Assembly (NCBI RefSeq): GCF_009914755.1
Contig: NC_060948.1
Strand: one strand, 5' to 3'
Length of the DNA: 64,000 nt
Origin: the human T2T-CHM13v2.0 reference genome, Homo sapiens
The notes beneath the pieces are model-generated. The model saw nothing but the letters and a program-made list of their open reading frames with translations, did no database searches and was not told the DNA's origin. Shown here piece by piece: positions 51,201 through 64,000 of the stretch. The position numbers and the translations under genes are program-made. Positions within the stretch are counted from its first letter, which is position 1, and every line of letters begins with the position of its first letter.

Positions 51201-54200
51201 TAGAGTCGAATGGAATTCAATGGAATGGAATGGACTAGAGTGAAATGGAATCGAACCACAAGGAATGGACAGGAATAGAATGGTCTCGAATTGAATGGAA
51301 TCGTATGGAATGGCAACAAACGGAATGGAATGGACAGCCACGGAATGGAATGGACACCCACGGAATGGAATGCACTCGAATGCAATGGAGTCGACACTAA
51401 TGGACTGGAATAGAATGGAGTCGACTGGTACGGACTCCAATGGAATGGAATCGAATGGAAGGGAATCGAACGGAATGGACTCGAAGGGAAAAGACTGCAA
51501 TGGAAAGGTCTCCAATGGAATGGAAATTAATGGAATGGAATGGAATCGAATGAAATGGAGTCAAAAGGAATGGAATCGAATGGCAAGAAATCGAATGTAA
51601 TGGAATCGCAAGGAATTGATGTGAACGGAACGGAATGGAATGGAATCCAAAGGAATGGAATAGAATGGAATGGAATCGAATGGAAAGGACTCGAATGGAA
51701 ATCACTCGAATAGAATGCAATTTAATAAAATAGGATCAAATGTAATGGAATGGAATGGAAAGGAATCGAAACGAAAGGAAAGGAGACAGATGGAATGGAA
51801 TGGAACAGAGAGCAATGGTATAGAATGGAATGGAATCATCTGGAATGGAAGTGAATGGAATGGAATAATATGAAATGGAATGGAATTTAATGGAATGGAA
51901 TGCCCTTGTATTAAATGGACTGGAATGGAATGGACTCGAACAGAGTGGAATGGAAAGTGTTGAAATAGAATGGAATGGACTCGTTTGGAATGGTCTAGTA
52001 TGCAATGCAATCGACTGGCAGGGAATCAAAAGGAATGTAATCGAATGGATTGGACTGGAATGCAATGGACTCGAATAGATTGGAAACGGAAAGCAAAGGA
52101 ATGGAATGGAATAGTATGGAATGGAATGGAAAGGAATGGAGAGGAATAGACTAGAGTGGAATGGAATGGTCTCGAAAGCAATAGACTGGAATGGAACTTT
52201 CTTGAATGGACTGGAATCAAACGGAATGGAATGCAATGCAATCAAATGGCATGGAATAAAATAGAATGAAAGAGAATCAAATGGAATTGAATCGAATGGA
52301 ATCGAATGGATTGGAAAGGAATAGAATGGAATGGAATGGAATTGACTCAAATGGAATGGACTAGAATGGAATGGATTCGAATGGAAGGCAAAGGAATGGA
52401 ATATATTGGAATGGACTGTAATGGAATGGAATGGAAGGGATTGGAATGGACTCGAATGGAATGGACTGAAATAGAAAGGATTCGAATGGAATGAAAAAGA
52501 ATTGAATGGAATAGAACAGAATGGAATCAAATCGAATGAAATGGAATGGAATAGAAAGGAATGGAATGAAATGGAATGGAAAGGATTCGAATGGAATGCA
52601 ATCGAATGGAATGAAATCGAATGGAATGGAATCGAACGGAATGGAATAAAATGGAAGAAAACTGGCAAGAAATGGAGTCGAAATGAATGGAGTGTTATGG
52701 AACGGACTCAAAAGGAATTGAATGTAATAGAATGGAGTGGAGTGGACTCGAATATAATGGACTGGAATGGAATGAAATCACATGGAATGGGAACGAATGG
52801 AATGGAATGGAAAGGAATGGAATCGAATGGAAAGGAATCGAATGGAAGGGAATGAAATTGAATCAACAGGAATGGAAGGGAGTAGAATAGACGGTAATGG
52901 AATGGACTCGAATAGAATGGACATGAATGCTCAAATTGAATGGACTCGAATGGAATGGCAACGAAAGGAATGTCATCGAATGGAATTGAATCGATTGGAA
53001 TGAAATCACATAGAATGGAGTGGAATCAAATGGAATTGAATCGAAAGGAAAGGAAGCGAATGGACTGAAATGAAATGGAATGGAATTGAATGGAAATTAA
53101 TGCAATGGAATAGAATGGAACGAAATTTCACGGAATGGAATCAAACTGAATGGAATCAAATCAATGGAATATAATCAAATGGAATGGAAAGGAATTGAAT
53201 GGAGTAGATTGGATTGGATGGGATTGGAATGAAATGTACTGGAAAGGACTCGAATTTCATGAAACGGAATGGAATGAATTAGAACGGAATGGACTCGAAT
53301 GGAATGGAATGTCATGGAATGGCATCAAATGGAATGGAATCGAATGCGATGGAATGCTATGGAATGGAATGGAATGCATTGGAATGGAATGTCCTCTAAT
53401 GGAATGTATTCGAGTGGAATGGAATCGAATATAATGGAGTCTAATGAAAGGGAATTGAAAGGAATGGGACCGAATACAATGGAATATACTGGAATGTAAT
53501 GTAATGAACTCGAATGTAATTGACTGGAATGGAATGTACATGAATGGAATGTAATCGAATGGAAAGCAATCCAATGGAATAGAATCTAATGCAATAAAAT
53601 CGACTCAAATAGAGTAGAATGTAATGGAATGGAGTGCAGTGCAATGGAATGGAATGGAATGGAATGCAATGGAATGGAATGGAATGGAATGGAATGGGAT
53701 GGAATGGTATGGAATGGATAGTAATGGACTGGAGTGAAATGGACTGGAAAAGAATGGACTCAAATTGAAAGGGCTCGAAAGGAATGGAGTCAAATGGAAT
53801 GGTCTGGAATGGAATGAACACGAATGTAATGCAATCCAATGGAATGGAATCGAATGGCATGGAATATAAAGAAATGGAATCGAAGAGAATGGAAACAAAT
53901 GGAATGGAATTGAATGGAATGGAATTGAATGGAATGGGAACGAATGGAGTGAAATTGTATGCAGTAGAAGAGAATAGAATGGAATGCAAGCGAAAGGAAA
54001 GGAATGGATTGGAATGGAATGGAATTCATTGGAATGGAAGGGAATGTAGTGTAATGGACAGGCCTGGAATAAAGTGGAATGCTACGGTCTCGAATGGAAT
54101 AAAAATGTATGGAATGGAATGCAATGAAACGGAATCGAATGTCATAGAATGTAATGGAATGCAAAAAAATGGAATCCAAAATCATTGACTGGAAAGGCTG

Positions 54201-57200
54201 GGTGTCGAAAGGAATTGACTCCAATGGAATGGAAGTGAATAGAATGGAACTAAATCGAATGGAATGGAATTGATAGGAACGGAATGGAAAGGAATGCAAT
54301 GATTTGGCATGGAATGGAATCGAATGGCATCGAATGGAATGGAATGGAATGCAATGGAATGGAATGTATTAGAATGTAATGAACTTTAATGGAATGTACT
54401 CGAATGGATTCGACTGGAATGGAATGTTCTCGAAGTGAATGGACTCCAATGGAATGGATTCGAAAGGAATGGAATCTAATGGAATGGAATTAAATGGAAA
54501 TGAATCAAATTGAATAGAACGGAATTGAATTGAATGGAATCGAATGCAATGGAATCTAATGAAACGGAAAGGAAAGGAATGGAATGGATTGGAATGGAAT
54601 GGGCTGGAATGGAATGGAATCGAAACGAATGGAATGGAATCGAACTGAAGAGACTGGAATGGAATGCACTGGAATGGAAGGGAATGTAATGGAAGGTTCT
54701 CGAAAAAAATGGAATCGAAAGGAATGGAATTGAATGGAACGGAATAGAGTCGAATGGAATTCAATGGAATGGAATGGACTAGAGTGAAATGGAATCGAAC
54801 CACAAGGAATGGACAGGAATAGAATGGTCTCGAATTGAATGGAATCGTATGGAATGGCATCAAACGGAATGGAATGGACAGCCACGGAATGGAATGGACA
54901 CCCACGGAATGGAATGCACTCGAATGCAATGGAGTCGACACTAATGGACTGGAATAGAATGGACTCGACTGGTACGGACTCCAATGGAATGGAATCGAAT
55001 GGAAGGGAATCGAACGGAATGGACTCGAAGGGAAAAGACTGCAATGGAAAGGTCTCCAATGGAATGGAAATTAATGGAATGGAATGGAATCGAATGAAAT
55101 GGAGTCAAAAGGAATGGAATCGAATGGCAAGAAATCGAATGTAATGGAATCGCAAGGAATGGATGTGAACGGAACGGAATGGAATGGAATCCAAAGGAAT
55201 GGAATAGAATGGAATGGAATCGAATGGAAAGGACTCGAATGGAAATCACTCGAATAGAATGCAATTTAATAAAATAAGATCAAATGTAATGGAATGGAAT
55301 GGAAAGGAATCGAAACGAAAGGAATGGAGACAGATGGAATGGAATGGAACAGAGAGCAATGGTATAGAATGGAATGGAATCATCTGGAATGGAATTGAAT
55401 GGAATGGAATAATATGAAATGGAAAGGAATGGAATGGAATGCCCTTGAATTAAATGGACTGGAATGGAATGGACTCGAACGGAGTGGAATGGAAAGTGTT
55501 GAAATAGAATGGAATGGACTCGTTTGGAATGGTCTAGTATGCAATGCAATCGACTGGCAGGGAATCAAAAGGAATGTAATCGAATGGATTGGACTGGAAT
55601 GCAATGGACTCGAATAGATTGGAAACGGAAAGCAAAGGAATGGAATGGAATAGTATGGAATGCAATGGAAAGGAATGGAGTGGAATAGACTAGAGTGGAA
55701 TGGAATGGACTCGAAAGCAATGGACTGGAATGGAACTTTCTTGAATGGACTGGAATCAAACGGAATGGAATGCAATGCAATCAAATGGCATGGAATAAAA
55801 TAGAATGAAAGAGAATGAAATGGAATTGAATCGAATGGAATCGAATGGATTGGAAAGGAATAGAATGGAATGGAATGGAATTGACTCAAATGGAATGGAC
55901 TACAATGGAATGGATTCGAATGGAAGGCAAAGGAATGGAATCTATTGGAATGGACTGTAATGGAATGGAATGGAAGGGATTGGAATGGACTCGAATGGAA
56001 TGGACTGCAATAGAAAGGATTCGAATGGAATGAAAAAGAATTGAATGGAATAGAACAGAATGGAATCAAATCGAATGAAATGGAATGGAATAGAAAGGAA
56101 TGGAATGAAATGGAATGGAAAGGATTCGAATGGAATGCAATCGAATGGAATGCAATCGAATGGAATGGAATCGAACGGAATGGAATAAAATGGAAGAAAA
56201 CTGGCAAGAAATGGAATCGAAATGAACGGAGTGTTATGGAACGGACTCAAAAGGAATTGAATGTAATAGAATGGAGTGGAGTGGACTCGAATATAATGGA
56301 CTGGAATGGAATGAAATCACATGGAATGGGAACGAATGGAATGGAATGGAAAGGAATGGAATCGAATGGAAAGGAATCGAATGGAAGGGAATGAAATTGA
56401 ATCAACAGGAATGGAAGGGAGTAGAATAGACGGTAATGGAATGGACTCGAATAGAATGGACACGAATGCTCAAATTGAATGGACTCGAATGGAATGGCAA
56501 CGAAAGAAATGTCATCGAATGGAATTGAATCGATTGGAATGAAATCACATAGAATGGAGTGGAATCAAATGGAATTGAATCGAAAGGAAAGGAAGCGAAT
56601 GGACTGAAATGAAATGGAATGGAATTGAATGGAAATTAATGCAATGGAATAGAATGGAACGAAATTTCACGGAATGGAATCAAACTGAATGGAATCAAAT
56701 CAATGGAATATAATCAAATGGAATGGAAAGGAATTGAATGGAGTAGATTGGATTGGATGGGATTGGAATGAAATGTACTGGAAAGGACTCGAATTTCATG
56801 AAACGGAATGGAATGAATTAGAACGGAATGGACTCGAATGGAATGGAATGTCATGGAATGGCATCAAATGGAATGGAATCGAATGCGATGGAATGCTATG
56901 GAATGGAATGGAATGCATTGGAATGGAATGTCCTCTAATGGAATGGATTCGAGTGGAATGGAATCGAATATAATGGAGTCTAATGAAAGGGAATTGAAAG
57001 GAATGGGACCGAATACAATGGAATATACTGGAATGTAATGTAATGAACTCGAATGTAATTGACTGGAATGGAATGTACATGAATGGAATGTAATCGAATG
57101 GAAAGCAATCCAATGGAATAGAATCTAATGCAATAAAATCGACTCAAATAGAGTAGAATGTAATGGAATGGAGTGCAGTGCAATGGAATGGAATGGAATG

Positions 57201-60200
57201 GAATGCAATGGAATGGAATGGAATGGAATGGAATGGGATGGAATGGTATGGAATGGATAGTAATGGACTGGAGTGAAATGGACTGGAAAAGAATGGACTC
57301 AAATTGAAAGGGCTCGAAAGGAATGGAGTCAAATGGAATGGTCTGGAATGGAATGAACACGAATGTAATGCAATCCAATGGAATGGAATCGAATGGCATG
57401 GAATATAAAGAAATGGAATCGAAGAGAATGGAAACAAATGGAATGGAATTGAATGGAATGGAATTGAATGGAATGGGAACGAATGGAGTGAAATTGTATG
57501 CAGTAGAAGAGAATAGAATGGAATGCAAGCGAAAGGAAAGGAATGGATTGGAATGGAATGGAATTCATTGGAATGGAAGGGAATGTAGTGTAATGGACAG
57601 GCCTGGAATAAAGTGGAATGCTACGGTCTCGAATGGAATAAAAATGTATGGAATGGAATGCAATGAAACGGAATCGAATGTCATAGAATGTAATGGAATG
57701 CAAAAAAATGGACTCCAAAATCATTGACTGGAAAGGCTGGGTGTCGAAAGGAATTGACTCCAATGGAATGGAAGTGAATAGAATGGAACTAAATCGAATG
57801 GAATGGAATTGATAGGAACGGAATGGAAAGGAATGCAATGATTTGGCATGGAATGGAATCGAATGGCATCGAATGGAATGGAATGGAATGCAATGGAATG
57901 GAATGTATTAGAATGTAATGAACTTTAATGGAATGTACTCGAATGGATTCGACTGGAATGGAATGTTCTCGAAGTGAATGGACTCCAATGGAATGGATTC
58001 GAAAGGAATGGAATCTAATGGAATGGAATTAAATGGAAATGAATCAAATTGAATAGAACGGAATTGAATTGAATGGAATCGAATGCAATGGAATCTAATG
58101 AAACGGAAAGGAAAGGAATGGAATGGATTGGAATGGAATGGGCTGGAATGGAATGGAATCGAAACGAATGGAATGGAATCGAACTGAAGAGACTGGAATG
58201 GAATGCACTGGAATGGAAGGGAATGTAATGGAAGGTTCTCGAAAAAAATGGAATCGAAAGGAATGGAATTGAATGGAACGGAATAGAGTCGAATGGAATT
58301 CAATGGAATGGAATGGACTAGAGTGAAATGGAATCGAACCACAAGGAATGGACAGGAATAGAATGGTCTCGAATTGAATGGAATCGTATGGAATGGCATC
58401 AAACGGAATGGAATGGACAGCCACGGAATGGAATGGACAGCCACGGAATGGAATGCACTCGAATGCAATGGAGTCGACACTAATGGACTGGAATAGAATG
58501 GACTCGACTGGTACGGACTCCAATGGAATGGAATCGAATGGAAGGGAATCGAACGGAATGGACTCGAAGGGAAAAGACTGCAATGGAAAGGTCTCCAATG
58601 GAATGGAAATTAATGGAATGGAATGGAATCGAATGAAATGGAGTCAAAAGGAATGGAATCGAATGGCAAGAAATCGAATGTAATGGAATCGCAAGGAATG
58701 GATGTGAACGGAACGGAATGGAATGGAATCCAAAGGAATGGAATAGAATGGAATGGAATCGAATGGAAAGGACTCGAATGGAAATCACTCGAATAGAATG
58801 CAATTTAATAAAATAGGATCAAATGTAATGGAATGGAATGGAAAGGAATCGAAACGAAAGGAATGGAGACAGATGGAATGGAATGGAACAGAGAGCAATG
58901 GTATAGAATGGAATGGAATCATCTGGAATGGAATTGAATGGAATGGAATAATATGAAATGGAAAGGAATGGAATGGAATGCCCTTGAATTAAATGGACTG
59001 GAATGGAATGGACTCGAACGGAGTGGAATGGAAAGTGTTGAAATAGAATGGAATGGACTCGTTTGGAATGGTCTAGTATGCAATGCAATCGACTGGCAGG
59101 GAATCAAAAGGAATGTAATCGAATGGATTGGACTGGAATGCAATGGACTCGAATAGATTGGAAACGGAAAGCAAAGGAATGGAATGGAATAGTATGGAAT
59201 GCAATGGAAAGGAATGGAGTGGAATAGACTAGAGTGGAATGGAATGGACTCGAAAGCAATGGACTGGAATGGAACTTTCTTGAATGGACTGGAATCAAAC
59301 GGAATGGAATGCAATGCAATCAAATGGCATGGAATAAAATAGAATGAAAGAGAATGAAATGGAATTGAATCGAATGGAATCGAATGGATTGGAAAGGAAT
59401 AGAATGGAATGGAATGGAATTGACTCAAATGGAATGGACTACAATGGAATGGATTCGAATGGAAGGCAAAGGAATGGAATCTATTGGAATGGACTGTAAT
59501 GGAATGGAATGGAAGGGATTGGAATGGACTCGAATGGAATGGACTGCAATAGAAAGGATTCGAATGGAATGAAAAAGAATTGAATGGAATAGAACAGAAT
59601 GGAATCAAATCGAATGAAATGGAATGGAATAGAAAGGAATGGAATGAAATGGAATGGAAAGGATTCGAATGGAATGCAATCGAATGGAATGCAATCGAAT
59701 GGAATGGAATCGAACGGAATGGAATAAAATGGAGGAAAACTGGCAAGAAATGGAGTCGAAATGAATGGAGTGTTATGGAACCGACTCAAAAGGAATTGAA
59801 TGTAATAGAATGGAGTGGAGTGGACTCGAATATAATGGACTGGAATGGAATGAAATCACATGGAATGGGAACGAATGGAATGGAATGGAAAGGAATGGAA
59901 TCGAATGGAAAGGAATCGAATGGAAGGGAATGAAATTGAATCAACAGGAATGGAAGGGAGTAGAATAGACGGTAATGGAATGGACTCGAATAGAATGGAC
60001 ACGAATGCTCAAATTGAATGGACTCGAATGGAATGGAAACGAAAGGAATGTCATCGAATGGAATTGAATCGATTGGAATGAAATCACATAGAATGGAGTG
60101 GAATCAAATGGAATTGAATCGAAAGGAAAGGAAGCGAATGGACTGAAATGAAATGGAATGGAATTGAATGGAAATTAATGCAATGGAATAGAATGGAACG

Positions 60201-63200
60201 AAATTTCACGGAATGGAATCAAACTGAATGGAATGAAATCAATGGAATATAATCAAATGGAATGGAAAGGAATTGAATGGAGTAGATTGGATTGGATGGG
60301 ATTGGAATGAAATGTACTGGAAAGGACTCGAATTTCATGAAACGGAATGGAATGAATTGGAACGGAATGGACTCGAATGGAATGGAATGTCATGGAATGG
60401 CATCAAATGGAATGGCATCAAATGGAATGGAATCGAATGCAATGGAATGCTATGGAATGGAATGGAATGCATTGGAATGGAATGTCCTCTAATGGAATGG
60501 ATTCGAGTGGAATGGAATCGAATATAATGGAGTCGATTGAAATGGAATTGAAAGGAATGGGATCGAATACAATGGAATATACTGGAATGTAATGTAATGA
60601 ACTTGAATGTAATTGACTGGAATGTAATGTACATGAATGGAATGTAATCGAATGGAAAGTAATCCAATGGAATAGAATCTAATGCAATAAAATCGACTCA
60701 GATAGAGTAGAATGTAATGGAATGGAGTGCAGTGCAATGGAATGGAATGGAATGGAATGCAATGGAATGGAATGGAATGGAATGGAATGGAATGGAATGG
60801 AATGGAATGGTGTGGAATGGATAGTAATGGACTGGAGTGAAATGGACTGGAAATGAATGGATTCAAATGGAAAGGGCTCGAAAGGAATGGAGTCAAATGG
60901 AATGGTCTGGAATGGAATGAACACGAATGTAATGCAATCCAATAGAATGGAATCGAATGGCATGGAATATAAAGAAATGGAATCGAAGAGAATGGAAACA
61001 AATGGAATGGAATTGAATGGAATGGAATTGAATGGAATGGGAACGAATGGAGTGAAATTGTATGCAGTAGAAGAGAATAGAATGGAATGCAAGCGAAAGG
61101 AAAGGAATGGATTGGAATGGAATGGAATTCATTGGAATGGAAGGGAATGTAGTGTAATGGACAGGCCTGGAATAAAGTGGAATGCTACGGTCTCGAATGG
61201 AATAAAAATGTATGGAATGGAATGCAATGAAATGGAATCGAATGTCATAGAATGTAATGGAATGCAAAAAAATGGAATCCAAAATCATTGACTGGAAAGG
61301 CTGGATGTCGAAAGGAATTGACTCCAATGGAATGGAATCGAATGGAATGGAAGTGAATAGAATCGAACTAAATCGAATGGAATGGAATTGATAGGAACGG
61401 AATGGAAAGGAATGCAATGATTTGGCATGGAATGGAAACGAATGGTATCTAATGGAATGGAATGTAATGTAATGGAATGGAATGTATTAGAATGTAATGA
61501 ACTTTAATGGAATGTACTCGAATGGATTCGACTGGAATGGAATGTTCTGGAAGTGAATGGACTCCAATGGAATGGATTCAAACGGAATGGAATCCTACAG
61601 AATGGAATCTAATGGAATGGAATTAAATGGAAATGAATCAAATAGAATAGCACGGAATTGAATTGAATGGAATGGAATGCAATGGAATCTAATGAAACGG
61701 AAAGGAAAGGAATGGAATGGAATGGAATGGGCTGGAATGGAAAGGAATCGAAACGAATGGAATGGAATCGAACTGTAGAGACTTGAATGGAATGCACTGG
61801 AATGGAAGGGAGTGTAATGGAAGGTTCTCGAAAAAAATGGAATCGAATGGAATGGAATTGAATGAAACGGAATAGAGTCGAATGGAATTGAATGGAATGG
61901 AATGGACTAGAGTGAAATGGAATCGAACCACAAGGAATGGACAGGAATAGAATGGTCTCGAATTGAATGGAATCGTATGGAATGGCATCAAACGGAATGG
62001 AATGGACAGCCACGGAATGGAATGCACTCGAATGCAATGGAGTCGAAACTAATGGACTGGAATAGAATGGACTCGACTGGTACGGACTCCAATGGAATGG
62101 AATCGAATGGAAGGGAATCGAACGGAATGGACTCGAAGGGAAAAGACTGCAATGGAACGGTCTCGAATGGAATGGAAATTAATGGAATGGAATGGAATCG
62201 AATGAAATGGAGTCAAAAGGAATGGAATCGAATGGCAAGAAATCGAATGTAATGGAATCGCAAGGAATTGATATGGACGGAACGGAATGGAATGGAATCC
62301 AAAGGAATGGAATAGAATGGAATGGAATCGAATGGAAAGGACTCGAATGGAAATCACTCGAATAGAATGCAATTTAATAAAATAGGATCAAATGTAATGG
62401 AATGGAATGGAAAGGAATCGAAACGAAAGGAATGGAGACAGATGGAATGGAATGGAACAGATAGCAATGGTATACAATGGAATGGAATCATCTGGAATGG
62501 AATTGAATGGAATGGAATAATATGAAATGGAATGGAATGGAATGGAATGGAATGCCCTTGAATTAAATGGACTGGACTCGAACAGAGTGGAATGGAAAGT
62601 GTTGAGATAGAATGGAATGGACTCCTTTGGAATGGTCTAGTATGCAATGCAATCGACTGGCAGGGAATCAAAAGGAATGTAATGGAATGGATTGGACTGG
62701 AATGCAATGGACTCGAATAGATTGGAAACGGAATGCAAAGGAATGGAATGGAATAGTATGGAATGGAATGGAAAGGAATGGAGTGGAATAGACTAGAGTG
62801 GAATGGAATGGACTGGAAAGCAATGGACTGGAATGAAACTTTCTTGAATGGACTGGAATCAAACGGAATGGAATGCAATGCAATCAAATGGCATGGAATA
62901 AGATAGAATGAAAGAGAATCAAATGGAATTGAATCGAATGGAATCGAATGGATTGGAAAGGAAGAGAATGGAATGGAATGGAATTGACTCAAATGGAATG
63001 GACTAGAATGGAATGGATTCGAATGGAAGGCAAAGGAATGGAATCTATTGGAATGGACTGTAATGGAATGGAATGGAAGGGATTGGAATGGACTCGAATG
63101 GAATGGACTGCAATAGAAAGGATTCGAATGGAATGAAAAAGAATTGAATGGAATAGAACAGAATGGAATCAAATCGAATGAAATGGAATGGAATAGAAAG

Positions 63201-64000
63201 GAATGGAATGAAATGGAATGGAAAGGATTCGAATGGAATGCAATCGAATGGAATGGAATCGAACGGAATGGAATAAAATGGAAGAAAACTGGCAAGAAAT
63301 GGAATCGAAATGAATGTAGTGTTATGGAACGGACTCAAAAGGAATTGAATGTAATAGAATGGAGTGGAGTGGACTCGAATATAATGGACTGGAATGGAAT
63401 GAAATCACATGGAAAGGGAAAGAATGGAATGGAATGGAAAGGAATGGAATTGAATGGAAAGGAATCGAACGGAAGTGAATGAAATTGAATCAACAGGAAT
63501 GGAAGGGAATAGAATAGACGGTAATGGAATGGACTCGAATAGAATGGACACGAATGCTCAAATTGAATGGACTCGAATGGAATGGAAACGAAAGGAATGT
63601 CATCGAATGGAATTGAATCGATTGGAATGAAATCACATAGAATGGAGTGGAATCAAATGGAATTGAATCGAAAGGAAAGGAAGCGAATGGACTGAAATGA
63701 AATGGAATGGAATTGAATGGAAAGTAATGCAATGGAATAGAATGGAACGAAATTTCACGGAATGGAATCAAACTGAATGGAATCAAATCAATGGAATCTA
63801 ATCAAATGGAATGGAAAGGAATTGAATGGAGTAGATTGGATTGGATGGGATTGGAATGAAATGTACTGGAAAGGACTCGAATTTCATGAAACGGAATGGA
63901 ATGAATTGGAACGGAATGGACTCGAATGGAATGGAATGTCATGGAATGGCATCAAATGGAATGGCATCAAATGGAATGGAATCGAATGCAATGGAATGCT

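Noticed and set aside
10329-63786. Hundreds of ORFs (MEWNG-rich on +, FHSIP-rich on -; up to 313 aa)
   Set aside because: These are direct translations of (GGAAT)n/(ATTCC)n, which contain no stop codons. They are open in several frames at once and their length varies with single variants, so there is no coding signal.

Overview
Human Yq12-type heterochromatin spanning a DYZ2-to-DYZ1 block boundary. No genes are present. Positions 1-10278 are the end of a DYZ2 (HSat1B) array. Each ~2.4 kb unit is an antisense AluY-like element, then a ~570 bp HSATI segment, then ~1.5 kb of extremely AT-rich sequence. Units start at 1, 2421, 6125 and 8514; a fused unit lacking Alu and HSATI starts at ~4540, and the last unit is truncated. 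From 10278 to the end is a DYZ1 (HSat3, GGAAT on + strand) array of 15 units plus a partial one. Unit lengths are 3514-3564 bp, except the junction unit (2779 bp, with a 680 bp deletion). All supplied ORFs are repeat artefacts. Notable structure: (i) three perfect nGAAnnTTCnnGAAn heat-shock elements in nearly every DYZ1 unit; (ii) a near-blunt satellite junction with decayed edge units on both sides; (iii) nested recent amplification (monomer and ~7.0-7.1 kb dimer duplications, subtype switches); (iv) four fixed pentamer phase slips that make unit length 4 mod 5. I found no novel coding system. Coordinates were read by eye, without alignment.
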